Source: Chiloscyllium plagiosum
Taxonomy: Eukaryota
Assembly (NCBI RefSeq): GCF_004010195.1
Contig: NC_057718.1
Span: 96,378,686 to 96,430,966, forward strand
Direction: 5' to 3'
DNA: 52,281 nucleotides
Below, piece after piece: positions 37,101 through 51,177 of this stretch; the stretch's first letter is position 1; each line of letters begins with the position of its first letter. A program made the translations under genes and the position numbers. The notes beneath the pieces are model-generated. The model did no database searches. It had not been told where the DNA came from and worked only from the letters and a program-made list of their open reading frames with translations.

Positions 37101-38579
37101 TATGTTGTATTTCGATTGTAACAATTCATTGTGGAAGAGAAGATCTCCCAACATTACTCTGAGTTCTTTTGCCATTTTTCTCTTCATAAATTATTCTCCA
37201 ATAAGTGTTCATTTTCGATACTCTGAATTGTTTGATCTTTTGCAGGTAATTTCTTGGGATTGACTAGCAGCAACTTTCACATGAGACTCAACAACAAAGG
37301 TCAGAAGGCTCACTTCAGGGATTCATTTCTCCTTCAATCAAGTTGTCAATCCTTCAATCATGGGATGTGGGCATCACTGGCTGGACCAGCATTGGACTAA
37401 TTGCTCTGGAGAGGGTTGGGCATGAGGAACTTCCTTGAACTGCTGTAGTCCCTGAGGTGTAGGGACACCCACAGTGTTGTTGGGGAAGAAGTTCTGGGAT
37501 CTTAACCCAGCGACACCGAGGGAATGGCGATATGTTTCCCAAGTCAGGATGCTGAGTGGCTTGGAGGGGAACTCACCAGCGCTGGTATTCTCATGCACCT
37601 GCTGCCCCCAGTCCTGACTTTGTGAAAGTCACGGCAATCGACTGACAGCCGGGAGATCAAACTGATGGAGCTATGCGTGTCAGAACTTGGGCAGTGTAGT
37701 GTACTGATGGTTTTTTATTTTTCTCTTTGCCTTTTTGACACTCGTCCAGTCTGATAAACAATTAGCCACACACAGCAGGGGAGGAAGTGTCTCTGTAAAC
37801 TGAGATTGGAGATCAGACATGAGGGAGTGCCCAACTGCAGCTGATGCAGGGGATTTGCAGCAATGATGTGCCCTGGATCAATATTCAATTAAAATGGTAA
37901 GATGTGCATTGCAATCTGTGCACATGCTTTAAGTGTGCTCCATTTCAGTAAAACAATATTGACCATTTACATTATTCACGCAAAGCTCACTTGTTGCATA
38001 AATGTTATTTACCATTTCTAATAGTCAGGGGAGCAAAATATTTGGAATTGAAACTTCCCAAGCCAAGTGCCTAAACCACTGAGCCTGCTAACAACGTTCA
38101 GTAAGATAACACTCCAGGCATTGAACTCTGAGTTCAAGAAATTTCCAAGCATGCCCGTGTAAAAATGCATCCCATAAAAAGTTGGCCCAGACTTTTTCAT
38201 GCGCTTCACATCAAAGCTGACCTTCGTTTATCAGGGATCAAACTCCATCTGCCTTTCCCCGTGTCCCTGTTGTCCCAGGACACTACTGTGCCAATGAAAG
38301 TTATTAAAAGCCCCATTGCAGCCGCTCCTAGCTCCCTTGCTTCTGACGTGGTTCCCCATCTTGCACTCCTGACTGCATTCCCACAGAGAACAAAGTCAAT
38401 GCCCCCTCCAGCCCCTCACCTCACCTACCTCTCCTGCCCCTCTCACCTCAGCAGCTCGCTCACTCTCCGTGTTTAGATAGAGAATATTGAGGGGGCCTGT
38501 ATACTGTTAGATTGCACCAAAGGGTGCATCGCTGAAGCAAGATGGGGGGCGTGGATGCTCGAAATTAATAAGCAAATAT

Positions 38580-39510
38580 AATTTGATTTGATTTATTCTG
38601 GTTGCATGTAACCACGTACAGTGAGAAGTTTTGTTTTGTGTGCACTTGTGTGCAAGTGGATCATACCATACAAACTGCTTTAGGGTAATAGAACAGAGTG
38701 AAGATGTTATAGCTGCAGAGAAGGTGCACAAAGAGCAAGATCAACGTTAAATTTACAATTTGAGTGGTCCGTTCAGAATTTTGATAACAGCGGGGAAGAA
38801 GCTGTTCTTGAACCTATTGGTACGTGCATTCAAGCTTTTGTGTCTTCTGCCCTATTGAAGAGGTTGGATGAGATTATAGCTGAAAAATGTGTTGCTGGAA
38901 AAGCACAGCAGGTCAGGCAGCATCCAAGGAGCAGGAGAATCGACGTTTCGGGCATAAGCCCTTCTTCAGGCTTATGCCCGAAATGTTGATTCTCCTGCTC
39001 CTTGGATGCTGCCTGACCTGCTGCGCTTTTCCAGCAACTCATTTTTCAGCTCTGATCTCCAGCATCTGCAGTCTTCACTTTCTCCTGGATGAGATTATAA
39101 CCGAGGTAGGAAGAGTCTTTGATGATGTTGACTGCTTTCCTGAGGCAGTGAGAAGTGTAGGTGGAGTCAGTGGATGGAAGGTTGGCTTGTGTGATGACTG
39201 CGCTTTACCAGCAACCTATTTTTCAGCTCTGATCTCCAGCATCTGCAGTCTTCACTTTCTCTTGGATGAGATTATAACCGAGGTAGGAAGAGTCTTTGAT
39301 GATGTTGACTGCTTTCCTGAGGCAGTGAGAAGTGTAGGTGGAGTCAGTGGATGGAAGGTTGGCTTGTGTGATGAACTGGACTGTGTACGCAACTCTCTGC
39401 AGTTTCTTATGGTCCTGGGCAGAGCAGTTGCTGTACGAAGCCATGATGCATCCAGATAGAATGCTTTTGATGTTACATCTATAAAAATTGGTTAGAGTCT
39501 TTACGGATGG
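38580..39510 (-). mobile_element. Rex1/Babar-like LINE 3' end with a nested palindromic PLE family A derivative (38879-39085)
   Basis: TLTNFYRCNIKSILSGCIMASYSNCSAQDHKKLQRV...HCLRKAVNIIKDSS; (atttg)n tail; nested-element TSD tggatgagattata at 38865-38878 and 39086-39099. Confidence 0.85.
39021..39374. repeat. 177-bp tandem duplication
   Basis: 39021-39197 and 39198-39374 are near-identical; visible as the 59-aa repeat in ORF 38887..39459. Confidence 0.92.
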
Positions 39511-40594
39511 ATATGGGGCAGTGGTAATGACGAGACTAGAAGATCTGACCGTGCCCTGGGACATGTGTTCAAATCCCACCACAGATTGTCATTGAGTTAA
39601 AATCCAATGAACAAATGTTGAACATGAATCTAGTCTCAGTAACAGTGACCGTCGCTATAATCAATTGTAGCAAAACCTCACTCAGTTCAGAGGGAAATGA
39701 ATTGCCCTTACTAGGTCTGGCCTACATGTGACTCCTGATCCATGCTAGTGCAGTTGACCCTTAACCGTCAGTGCGCCATTCAGTTCAAGGGTCATTGGGA
39801 ATGGCTGATAGTTTCTGGCTTTGCCAGTGACACCCTCGTCCCAGTAAAATAAAAAGAAAATTTCAGCCGAAGTGTTGGAACTTGGCATTGATGGTGGATG
39901 GGTCATAGCATCAAAAGGGCATTCTGGAATCTGTAGTTTTGCAAACATGAAAGCTCTTTTGATTGCATTCCATTGTATGTTGTTCAGCAGACAAAAAAAA
40001 AATGCTGAAATCTCCCTTGAGCAGTATTAAATTAACAAATCTAGCAATTGCTTGATGTCAGAATATCATCATCATTATAGGGCACTTACAATGAGAAAAC
40101 CTTCCCTCTAATTGCATTCCATGTAATAGACTGGTTACATGCCCAGATTCAGCCAGTACGCATCATGCCAACTGTGGAATGTTTGGTCTAGTTTGGCCGA
40201 TTATGTCTACAACTAACATCTGTATTCCTCAACAAGCATTTCCGCTGCGAGGATATTTATTGTTTCTGTCGAGAACCTGTTCCAAAATTCTTATTTTGCG
40301 GTGATGTAGACTTGCGATAAAAAGATCACTATCTACTTGTTCCTCACTGAAGTCTCTGGCAATCGTAAGAGTGACTCCCAACTCTGTACAGTGTGTGTGT
40401 TATAAAAAAAAAGTTCATAGTTTATACAAGTTTTTCCAGGGATTTAGTTAAAGAGTTGATTTTACAAACTCGCCCTGCAGCTAGGGAGATTCCTTTCTGC
40501 CAGCATTCACTCAGAATTTGAGCTTGGATTTCAGCATTCGTGGATTGAAAGTCTTCTGGAAAGCTCTCTCTGAAAAGGTGTAGTTGCTGGATGT

Positions 40595-40722
40595 TCCTGA
40601 TGCAGGGCTTATACCTGAAATGTCAATTCTCCTGCTCCTCAGATGCTGCCTGACCTGCTGTGCTTTGCCAGCACCACACTCTCGACTCTGATCTCCAGCA
40701 TCTGCAGTCCTCACTTTCTCCC
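40595..40722 (+). mobile_element. Short PLE-terminus derivative
   Basis: ctgatgcagggcttatacctgaaatgtc...gtcctcactttctcc; imperfect 16-bp TSD tgt(a/g)gttgctgg(a/g)tgt at 40579-40594 and 40723-40738. Confidence 0.78.
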
Positions 40723-40859
40723 TGTGGTTGCTGGGTGTCAATTGAAAGTTTCAATATTGATTTTATCTTCAGTCAAGGTATCGAGAGAAGGATCAAGGAT
40801 GGGTAGAGAGGTGAGATGTTGATCAAGCCTGATATAATTGAATGCCAGAATTTTGCAAG

Positions 40860-41590
40860 ACACACCAGAACAGGACTTATACAGTTAATGGTAGGACCCT
40901 GGGAATTATTGATAAACAGAGAGACCAAAAGGATTCAGGTACATAGTTCCTTGAAAGCAGCGTCACAGGTAGATTGGGTGGTGAAGAAGGAGTTTGGCAC
41001 ACTTGCCTTCATTGGTTAGCACATTAAGCATAGGGGTTGGGATGTACAGGGCATTGATGAGGCCACCTTTGGAATATGTATACAGTTTTGGTCATCCTAC
41101 TTTAAGAAAGATGTTATTAAGTTGGAAAGGGTGCAAAAAGGTTGGGCAAGGATGTAACCGGGAGTGTAGCGTTTGAGTTAAAAGGAGAAGCTGGATAGGC
41201 TATGACCTTTCTTCCTGGAGCGTCGGAGGCTGAAGGATGGCCTTATGGAGGTTTATAAAATCATGTGGGACGTGGATAGGATAAATAGCAAAGGTTGTTT
41301 TTCCCGAGAGGAAGAGTTTTCAAAGCTAGAGGGCGCAGGTTTAGGGTGAGGGAGAAAGATATAAAAAGGACTGGAGCATCAACCTTTTCATACAGAGGGT
41401 GATGCGTATGTGGAATATTCTGCCAGAGGGAGTACAACATTTACAACATTTAAAAGACATTTGCACAGGTACATGAACAGGAAAGGTTTAGTGGGATAGG
41501 GGCCAAATGGGACTCGTCCAGTTTGGGAAACCTGGTCGGCATGGATGAGTTGGGTCGAAGGGTCTGTTTCCATGCTGTATGCCTCAATGA
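40860..41590 (+). mobile_element. CR1-like LINE 3' fragment, decayed
   Basis: YRALMRPPLEY and QVDWVVKKEFGTLAFI remnants; 3' gggtcgaagggtctgtttccatgctgtatg. Confidence 0.85.
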
Positions 41591-43006
41591 CTCCAATCAC
41601 AGGCTGAAGGGACAGAATGGCCTCAAACAGTTCCTACCCCTGCTCCCCTTTGAAATAGAATGCTCAACATGTCATCCTGGCAGACAAATCTTTGTGACTG
41701 GGTAAGTTGATAATAGTTAACACACATAGTCAAGAAAAGAGCTTAAGATCTTAAATCAAAGCAGAAAATTCTGGGAAAAAAACTCAGCAAGCCGGGCAGC
41801 ACTTATGATGAGAGAAACAGAGTCAACAGGTCAAGGCCGTGATTTTACCTCAGCACTAGGAAAGGTTAAAAATGTTCAAAATGTTTATGATAGGTTTTAA
41901 GGGTAATGGGGGATAAAGAACAAAGGAGTCACTAAAAAATGGTGGAAAACAGCAGACATTGTATGACAGAAGAGTTAGTGGGACAGAGTTAAAGGCAGTG
42001 TAAATATCATAGGAGGCATCTAGCGGAAGTTGTTTTGCACCTTACGCTAACACAGAGTTGCACAAAGAAGATTGGTAACTCAATCAGATGGATTTCTTTT
42101 TATTTGAAGAAATCACACTCTATGCAATAGCATTTGGGAGGCTAGTGAACTCATTTGTTTTACAATCTGCCCAATATTAATCTGTTAATACACAATGCTT
42201 TTAGATGCACTTTACAGGTTTATCTCTGCAGCCCCTGTACAAAACCTGACAATAACCACGAGGAACCTTAGTCCCTGCAGAGATTTAGCTATTTGAAGGC
42301 CAAATATAGAACTGTCTCACTTGTTGCGGAGATGCCAGCAGCTGCAATATATAAATGGTCTTTACAGTTATGGTAAATGTGAACCATCATCTGATTGCTA
42401 TACTGAACTCTTTCATGGAATAAGTTTTCCTTTTCTAAAAAGTGACTAAATAGCTGCTGTGATCACCTGACCACTGATTGAGGAGACCAACATGGAATAA
42501 AGGAAACAAACAGCACAGTAATTAGTAATTGTTATCTGAAGAGATTGAAACTAGGCAACTAAGTCAGCATCAAAAAAAACTGTTTTGATTTAAAATTATG
42601 GTAAGAGCATATAACAAAGGCTGCCCGTAATTATTCAACTCAGAAAGACATAGGAGCCAAACTTTGAAATGTTCAAATGAACTATGTTTCTGTGGCTATT
42701 TATGAGCAGTAGAGGAAACAGAGGAAAAAATTTCAACTTGTAGAAACAAGAGCTGGAAGCTTTTCTCTGTTTTTTTTTTCTCAAACTCAGAAGACAGTGC
42801 CAGATAGAATATTAAATTGGAAAGACATCTAGAGAACTCAAAGATGTCTACAAACATTTTCATTGCTGAGGTGACCTGTCAATAATCAAATAACTGTGGG
42901 CTCAGATTTGAAATCTATTAACTCAAAAACTCTAAGGTATTTTAAATTCTGTAATCTTTATTCTTCTTATTTGTACTAGACACTCTCTCCATTTTAACTT
43001 TACTAC

Positions 43007-43220
43007 GTGTGTGTGTGTATGTCTATATGTATGTGGTTGTAGATGCGTGCATGTGCGTGTGTGTGTCTGTCTGTAAATGCATGGTTCTATATTTGTGTTT
43101 GTGTGTATGCTTGTGCATGTCTATATGTAAGTGGCTCTATATGTGTTTACGTGTGTGCGTGCATGTGTGTGTGTTAAACATATTTGGTTATATATGTGTG
43201 TCTGTGTGTGCGTGTCTGTG
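43007..43220. repeat. Degenerate (TG)n tract
   Basis: Imperfect TG repeat. Confidence 0.9.
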
Positions 43221-43678
43221 TTCAATGCAGCATTTATTTTTAATTGGATTTAGTGGGTAATAAAATTCCTCATTCTTTAACTCAAAAACATGTCTAATTG
43301 TCTTCTTAATTTTGAGCTAGTTAAGTATAATTTTACTTGAAGAATGATGCAGCTAAATGCTAAAAAGGAATAAAAGTCTTTCTCGTAAGAGATTGAGATT
43401 GGGGTTGAATTTGGGGAGCGTAATCAATCTTCCTTAACTGAGCATAACAGGGTTAATTCTCAAATTGACAAATCATCTCCCTGCAATAGTAGTGACAGTC
43501 TTTCTAAGATGCATGGTTGCACAGACACTCTGAGAGTTGACCTACGCCAACTGACATGCCAACTCTGTGCCAACACATTCACTTCTGGCATCTCCAGCCA
43601 CTACCTCACGATAGACTTCAGAGGGCTGCACCACAACTGATGGAATGGGGATCAGTCCACATGTAAGACATTGATTAC

Positions 43679-43942
43679 CATAGAATCATAGAATCCCTGC
43701 AGTGTGAAAGCAAACGATTTGGCCCATCGAGTCCAAAAAGCATCCCACCCAGACTCACCCCTATATTTGCATTTCTCATGGCTAATCCACCGAGCCTGCA
43801 CATCTCTGCACTATAGGAGGAAACCAGACCACCTGGAGGAAACCCACACAGACACAGGGATTACGGGCAAACTCCCCACAGACAGTCACCGGGTCCCTGG
43901 CACTGTGAGGTAACAGTGCCAACCACTGAGCCACCGTGCTGC
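43679..43942 (-). mobile_element. HE1 / V-SINE, diverged
   Basis: catagaatcatagaatccc tail; aaccactgagccaccgtgctg head. Confidence 0.8.
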
Positions 43943-44894
43943 ACTATCTCATGAGATCTCATAAAAGCAGATTCTGTAGAGAGGTAGCCTCATAATAGAG
44001 TCAATAATTAGCAGAATGTGAAATAAAAACGTAACTTTTTTGACAACTTAGACATTAATAGTCTTTCTTGATCGTCCTAAGGACATAAGTTCTTCCAAAA
44101 CCCCTCACCACAGCAATAGGTTGTGACAGTAAATGATTCAACTGAAGGAAGTACAACATGGAAGACAAGGCCTAACAGCAACAGGACAGAGCAGCGAGAA
44201 GAAGGAGTAAAAGGTCCAATGACTAGAATTGCCCCTGTGCAAAACGACGGTCAACACTCGACAGTGCGGGAAGCAACTCCAGTGAAGACGAGGCGTACAA
44301 CAAACTTGACAACGGCCGGTGTTATTTGAGTAGAAGCAGGGCCCTTAAACAAGCTGGGAAATTGCAAAGGTGGTGCTCATAGAGAGGAACATTTCAAGGT
44401 TAACAATTAAACCAAACAAAGACTAGGACAACCATCTTTTCTATGCACCTGGCAGTATTTCGGTTGGTACGTTGTTTTGTGAGGCAGGCGCTACCACATG
44501 TCAAGGTATTATTGGGATTTTTAATGCTAATGTCAGCCTTTGAAGAACCATGCAAGTAGTTTTACTATAATGCGATGGTTGCGTTCTTGTGAAATCCTTC
44601 AATGTAGAAAAATCACCCTTTCGAAACAGAGCTTAAAGTGTTGGCGATGCAATTGCATTATAGCCAATACATGCTTTAAAGGTTTGCACTTTAGAAACAG
44701 TGTCCCCAATTCGCCAATCACATTAATGAAACGCGCGTTACTGCAGAACAACCTGTAATTACACAAAGGGGGAAATTTAACAAATGCACACAAAAATCAA
44801 GACAGATTAATAACCTGCATCAATAGTTATGACTATGGAACAGTGAAAAATAATCTACTTAGGGATTAGGGAGGCCTAATAGTTATAATCATAA

Positions 44895-45190
44895 CCATAG
44901 AATCATACAGCACTGACACAGACCTCTCGATCCAATCAGTCTATACCAAACATAACTCCAAACTAAACTAGTCCCACCTGCCTGTGCTTGGCCCATATCC
45001 CTTCCTATTCATGTCCTTATCCAAATATCTTTTAAATGTTGTAATTGTGCCCACATACACCACTTCCTGAGGAAGCTTATTCCACACACAAACCACCCCC
45101 TGTGTAAAAAAAATTGCTCCTCATGTCTTTTTAAAATCTCTCTTCTCCCAACTTAAAAATGTGCCCCCTAGTCTCGAAATTCCCCATCCA
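44895..45190 (-). mobile_element. CR1-like LINE 3' end
   Basis: catagaatcatacagcac tail; reverse complement of the family at 46010-46565. Confidence 0.75.
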
Positions 45191-46009
45191 GCACCACATT
45201 CTCAACAAAAAAATAACCAAGTTAGACACTATTACAGGTACATCAGTACTTCAAAACGTGAAAACATCCTGTTATCATAAATGATTTGTTGATCGAGGAC
45301 AAGAGATTAGTCATTCTAAGGGTCAGCACATTCAACATTATTCAAAGAGTAAACTAAGTCACTTCAATATTGCAAAGTGCAATATTCCATGTGGTAGTCA
45401 GGAATGGTGGAAATGATCATAAACTCCATCATCTGTGGTCAGGAATAAAGGATCGGGGAGAGGAAGAAACAAGAGGCAGATAAAGGTGTTTAATGGAATG
45501 GAACAGCTTTCTAGAAAGTCAGAAAGGCAACCTGAATAAAGAGTTGGCATTTTTTGATGGCTCAACCATTGATTTACTGAATGTCACCAAAAAACTCGGA
45601 AATCAGAAATCCTTAACTTTCTCTGAGAAAGGTGAGAGTGAGAACATGGAGATGGTGAAACCTCCAAAGTACTTACCACTGTGATTAGGAAACAGAGACA
45701 TAGACTTGATGAGCAAAGGAGATATAGGATAATGCAATTAACATATAAAGTCGGAGACTTTGGGGAGAAAAGGGCTAATACTCAAAAATGTAAATAGTTA
45801 GTCCTTATCTTTAGCGATGCACAAGATCATATGGCTTCAGATGGAGATGATTCTGTTTATAGCCTTGTGTGAAACTTATTGGTACAAATAGTTAATAGTT
45901 AGACTTTAGCAGTGTCTCTAAATGCTACCAATGACTCAAACGTTTTTAAGATTCACCATCATGTTAATTGACAAAGCTGTTAGGCCGGGTATTTTCAGTG
46001 TGGCAATTG

Positions 46010-46565
46010 GCTCAGCTGTATAAAACATTAGTTACCACATTTGGAGTATGAGTGCAGCTCTGATTGCATCATGGGAAGAATGTAAAGGCTTTGGAGAGGA
46101 TTCAAAAGAGCTTTACCAGGATGTTGCTTGGATTGGAGTGTATTAGCTGTAAGAAGAGGTTGGACAGACTCGGATTGCTTTCAGTAGAATGTCAGCTGTT
46201 ACCTAATGCAAGTATATGAAATGATGAGAGGCCTGGATAGGGTGGCTAGTCAGAGTCTTTTACTGAGAGTGGAAATGTCAACTACTAAGGGGCATAGGTT
46301 TAAGGTCAGAGAGGGGAAAGTTTAAAGGAGATGTACAAAGAAAGTTTCTAACACAGATGGTGGTAGATACTTGCAACATGCTGCCAGGGGAGGTGGTAGA
46401 ACAAAGTTTAAGAAGCATTTAAATAGACACATGAACAGGCAGGAAATAGAAGGATAGGGGCCAGGTCCAAGCAGATGGGATTAGTTTAGAATGGCATCAT
46501 GATCAATGCCGAGATGTGGGCCGAAGGGCCTGTTCCTGTGCTGTATTGTTCTATGTTCTATGTTC
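46010..46565 (+). mobile_element. CR1-like LINE 3' fragment
   Basis: ccacatttggagtat..., gggcataggtttaaggt, gggccgaagggcctgttcctgtgctgta and a (tgttcta)n tail. Confidence 0.85.
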
Positions 46566-46772
46566 TGCCATCAATCTTCTTCCAGTGGTCATATTGTTAT
46601 GTAGGGTTGATGTTGTGAAATGGTAAACAGAGATGGTTGTTTCCATCTCAGGCAACAGTCGAACATGGGAACTGAATCCCAATCTTGGCCTGCAGCCCCT
46701 TGTCTGTGCTTCGGGGTTTTCAATCCCCTTCACTTTCTCAATTCTGTGTTAGCTTCTTCCCTCTTTAGCCTT

Positions 46773-46890
46773 GGAGAAAGTGAGGACTGCAGATGCTGGA
46801 GAGTGTGGTGCTGGAAAAGCACAGCAGGTCAGGCAGCGTCCGTGGGGCAGGAGAGTCGACATTTCAGGCATATGCCGTTCAACAGGAATG
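46773..46890 (-). mobile_element. Short PLE-terminus derivative
   Basis: ggagaaagtgaggactgcagatgctgg...; TSD tttag(c/t)cttgg at 46764-46774 and 46891-46901. Confidence 0.8.
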
Positions 46891-47654
46891 TTTAGTCTTG
46901 GCAAAAGCCTCTTAGGGTTTGCAATTTGTTTAGAGTATTCACAAAATCTTTCAGAGTTTTTGCCCCAGTACTGCTACATTCGCAATTTCTTAATTTCCTC
47001 GATTTCTTTATAAGCAAGTTTTGTTACTGCCTGTGGTGTATTTCTTGAATATATACAAAACTGTAAATAAATGTTTGTGCAATGTTTCACTGTGAATAAG
47101 GCTGCCATCAATCAAGAGCCTCAACTGATAATTACAAACAAACAACTTCAGCATCTCTGAATGCTTGTGCCAGAAAGGTACATTTTTGAAGCTTGATTGA
47201 GTTTTGGTGACATTGGGGCCTTACAGTATACAGCCGGAGTTATTAAACGCAGCGAAGAGATGATGTGAATTCACTGCCCACGGGGTCTTTTGAATACATA
47301 CCTGTCATTATTTGGCCTTTAACATTGATGCAAATCTCACAGCAGACTATACACAAGTCCATGTGAATTCCACACCAAGTGTCTTGTCCAGAAGCTCCCA
47401 CCTACTGTGAACAATGAACAAACATTCACAATTAAGTGATGTTATTAATGGAGAGGAATAGTCCCAATACCTTACCAACAGAAACCTTAGACTTTGATAG
47501 AAAATTATTACACAAGAGGAAGTCTATTATTGCACTGATTCGCATTAGCATTTATTAGTAATTAGGGTTCATTTCCTGACTTTGTTCTTATAGCCTGGAG
47601 CCTTGGTCCATCAGTAGGACAGAACAGAATTTAGGCATGTATTTACAACCACTT

Positions 47655-48577
47655 GCAATGGATGAATGGGCACCGCACAGCAATCAACAGGCAGAAGTGT
47701 TCCCTCCCAGTTGGGGAACACTTCAGTAATCCAGGATATTCGACTTCAGACCTTCGGACCTTCGGGTGACCATCCTCCAAGGCGGACTTCAAGACAGGCA
47801 GCAGCGAAAAGTGGCCGACTAGAGGCTGATAGCTAAGTTCCATATCCACAGGGACCTTGGGTTCATTGCACTATACACACACACAAACACACAGGCACAC
47901 CTATACACACACACATACACACGGACACACATATACACAGACAAGTACAGAGACACACACACACCCTTACAGACACACAGACTCTCACACTCACACATGC
48001 ACTCCCTCACAGACTTAAAACACCCTACACTCACATGCACACACATATACACTCTCTCTCACAGACACTCATAACCCTCCAACCCAGACACACACACACA
48101 CACATATACATATAAGTTTGTGGGGTGAATTTGTACTTGCAGAGTTACATTGTACTTTGCTCAAAAATTGCATGAATTTATGTAAGACTCTGTTATCTCA
48201 CTTTTTAGATTAGAATCAGTCTAAGCATCATGGCACAGACAGAGAACACAGGGGGCTAATACCTTCAACATATTGTCTGGCTAACACCAATTATTACAGA
48301 TAATCTGAGAATGCAACTTTTTAAAAAACGTTTTGTGATTTACACATGAAAGAAGTGAAACTGTCATGGTATTCGAACAGATGAAAGACTCAACAAACAA
48401 TAAAGGTATTTTTCAATGTATAGTTTCAGTTACCTCACACTGTAACCTTTTGCTATAAATTCTGTGTCATACAATTGTGTCCTCCACAACCACCTGATGA
48501 AGGAGCAGCGCTGCGAAAGCTAGTGCTTCCAATTAAACCTGGTGGACTATAACCTGGTGTTGTGTGATTTTTCAACT
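47655..48577 (+). mobile_element. PLE family B 3' fragment with expanded internal (CA)n
   Basis: MNGHRTAINRQKCSLPVGEHFS remnant; CA tract at ~47872-48112; terminus with hammerhead core. Confidence 0.88.
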
Positions 48578-50147
48578 TACAATATACATTGACAGGTGAG
48601 CTCAACACTTGAAAAGTGACATTGAAAAATTCATATATTCCTGCAGTCCATATGGTTGCGTTCTCAAATCTTCTCAACCAGAGGTGTACGAATTTAGTCC
48701 CAGTACAGACTTGTCAAAGCCTGTGTTTTGGGAGTTGGGGTCAGATTGTCTTCATTGGCTCTGTTTCTTTGTTCTTGTGAAGTTAAATGAGAGTTACATT
48801 TAATTCTAAACTTCCTATTTTGTTCGCGCTCAGTGTGGAGCAAGGCTGCATCCAAGTCTTATCTTCACTATAAACATCCGATGGTCACCAAGATTCTTCT
48901 GATAGCTTCAGATGAAAGACATTTCACATCCCAATCATTCAGACTGTTCCCAAGGATGGAAAGCAGAAGCAATAAATTGTAGCTAGATTAAAATACATAA
49001 ATATAAAATACACTCCGCTTACCAGTTCAATTCCATGTATATTGACAGAATCATCAAAACACAACGCATAAAATTTTATGTTATTTTAACCTTTAGCCAG
49101 CACTTTCAGTCTCAACTCATTTGTGGAGTTTGATTACCCATGGGACATGGGCAGCTTACATGAAGGATACATTTCCCGTCTCTGTGTTTTGCTTGAAATG
49201 TACAATTCTGTGAAGGTTCTGCGCAATATTGTTACATCACGTAGGACAAACACGGCCTTTCTTTGAAAATACAAATAAACCGAGTCTTTTCCTGCACACT
49301 GAGCTGCGTGATGTTCAGTTTGGTATCCTGATTTAATTCATGCCAAACTAACTGAAACACCCTTACCAACGGAGATCAGTTGGCAAGAATTCAGGATAAT
49401 GCATATGGTATGCAACCACAAGTATCAAACTTTTAATTCAATAAAACGTATGTAAAATGACAACCAGTTCCACCAAAAATGATGTGCTAAAATCATCTTG
49501 TCACGGGGTGGATTGCTCGAACATAATTATGAGGCCGTCGACACAAAAAAGCAGTACAAATTTATGTGAGGGCAACTTTTCTTTTCCTCTTTTCTAATTC
49601 CTTTCAATCAACCTGTCCAGAGGTGTTATTATGCACATCTGGAGCAGGTAGGACTTAGCAAGGACACTACCATTGTACCATTAACCCATTAGGTTAACAG
49701 TGGTTGAGAATCAGTTAGCTGTTAGGTTAACAGTGGTTGAGAATCTGGAGCAGGTAGGACTTGGCGAATCTCCTGGCTCAGAGGTAAGTACATTACCATT
49801 GTACCACCAAGCTGAGACCCACCTATTAGGTTAACAGTGGTCGAGAATCAGTTACTTGTGAGTCCTAACAGGAAGAAACACGTGTTAAAAACAAGATGCA
49901 GATTGTGGCACAACAGCAAATTGCACAAATTAGTCAGTTATCATTACTGAGGAGATCAGGACTGAGGAATGACAATTTGACTGACTCTATAGGGATTGAC
50001 AGCTGCACTTTTATTTCTTCATCAAGGATGTGTGACATTATTAGATTGAGTGGAACCCTAATGAGATCTCCAAGACTAACCCTTTCAGAACCATTACCCT
50101 CTATACCATCCATTCCTTTACTGGCAAAATGGTAGATTGGGGTAGAG

Positions 50148-50475
50148 GGGCACCGTGGCTCAGGGGTTAGCACTGCTGCCTCATCGATTCCAGCCTTGGG
50201 TGACTGCCTGTGTGGAGTTTGCTCTTTTTCCCTGTGTCTGTGTGGGTTTTCTCCGGGTGCTCTGGTTTCCTCCCACAATCCAAAGATGTGCAGGTGAGGT
50301 GAATTGGCCATGCTAAATTGCCCATATTGTTCAGGGATATGTAGGTTAGGTGCATTAGTCAGGGGTAAATATAGAGTAATAGGGTAGGGAAATGGATTTG
50401 GGTGGGATACTCTTCAGAGGGTTGGTGTGGACTTGTTGGGCTGAAGGGCCTATTTCTATACTGTAGGGATTCTAC
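50148..50475 (+). mobile_element. HE1 / V-SINE
   Basis: ggcaccgtggctcaggggttagcactgctgcctca head, V-domain, ctgtagggattcta tail. Confidence 0.9.
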
Positions 50476-51177
50476 GGTTCTATGAAAATGGAACTTAAGT
50501 GCATTTGATCTCATTCTTTCAGAATCCCGCCTCACCATCTCTCTACAATAGTATCTAATTGTTTCAAACATTAGTCTATTGCTTGATCTTCAGGCATCTT
50601 CTCTGAACTTGTTGTACCTCACACTATGCAAAGGACTATTTCCTGGTTTCTCCTCTAAATCCAATCTCCATGATCCAGAACACGCCTTCATCCCCAATTC
50701 CTTTGACACATCTGAAAATATTGTCACTGTGAAGTGAGTCAGAGTTATTTGCTGTTCATTCATCTGTTAAAGATGCTGTCATATTGGCACATGTCTCAGA
50801 TACTGTAGCCTCTCTCTTTACCTCACACATTCTTCATAAATATTGGGGCTGCTCAAATAGGTGACAGCAAAATCAAACCTCATGTTTACACTGACCCCCC
50901 CCCCAAAAAAAACAGAGAGCTTCCAAGCCCAATCCCATTTCCCAGCACATGATGCAAATTCCCTGGAGAATATCAGAAACATATCCAGAGAGATTGTCAG
51001 GCAGTGAATTCCAGAGACCTACAAAATCTCTGGATAAAAAGGAATCCTCATCATTCTCTAATGCTTCTGCAAATCTCTATGAGCCTATGGACCTGAGCCA
51101 CTGACAACTCTGCTCCGGAAACTAGATCCCTAACAGCATTGACTCTCAGAATCCATTCTAGTAAATTGTCTTTTTTT

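Noticed and set aside
38887..39459. 190-aa ORF with an internal repeat
   Set aside because: Antisense Rex1 plus a PLE palindrome plus the 177-bp duplication; not a gene.
42365..43449. Possible solo LTR ending in cataaca
   Set aside because: No clear TG start or TSD could be identified.
50148..50200. tRNA-like sequences at SINE heads
   Set aside because: They are HE1 and Deu-SINE 5' regions continuing into SINE bodies; no complete cloverleaf.
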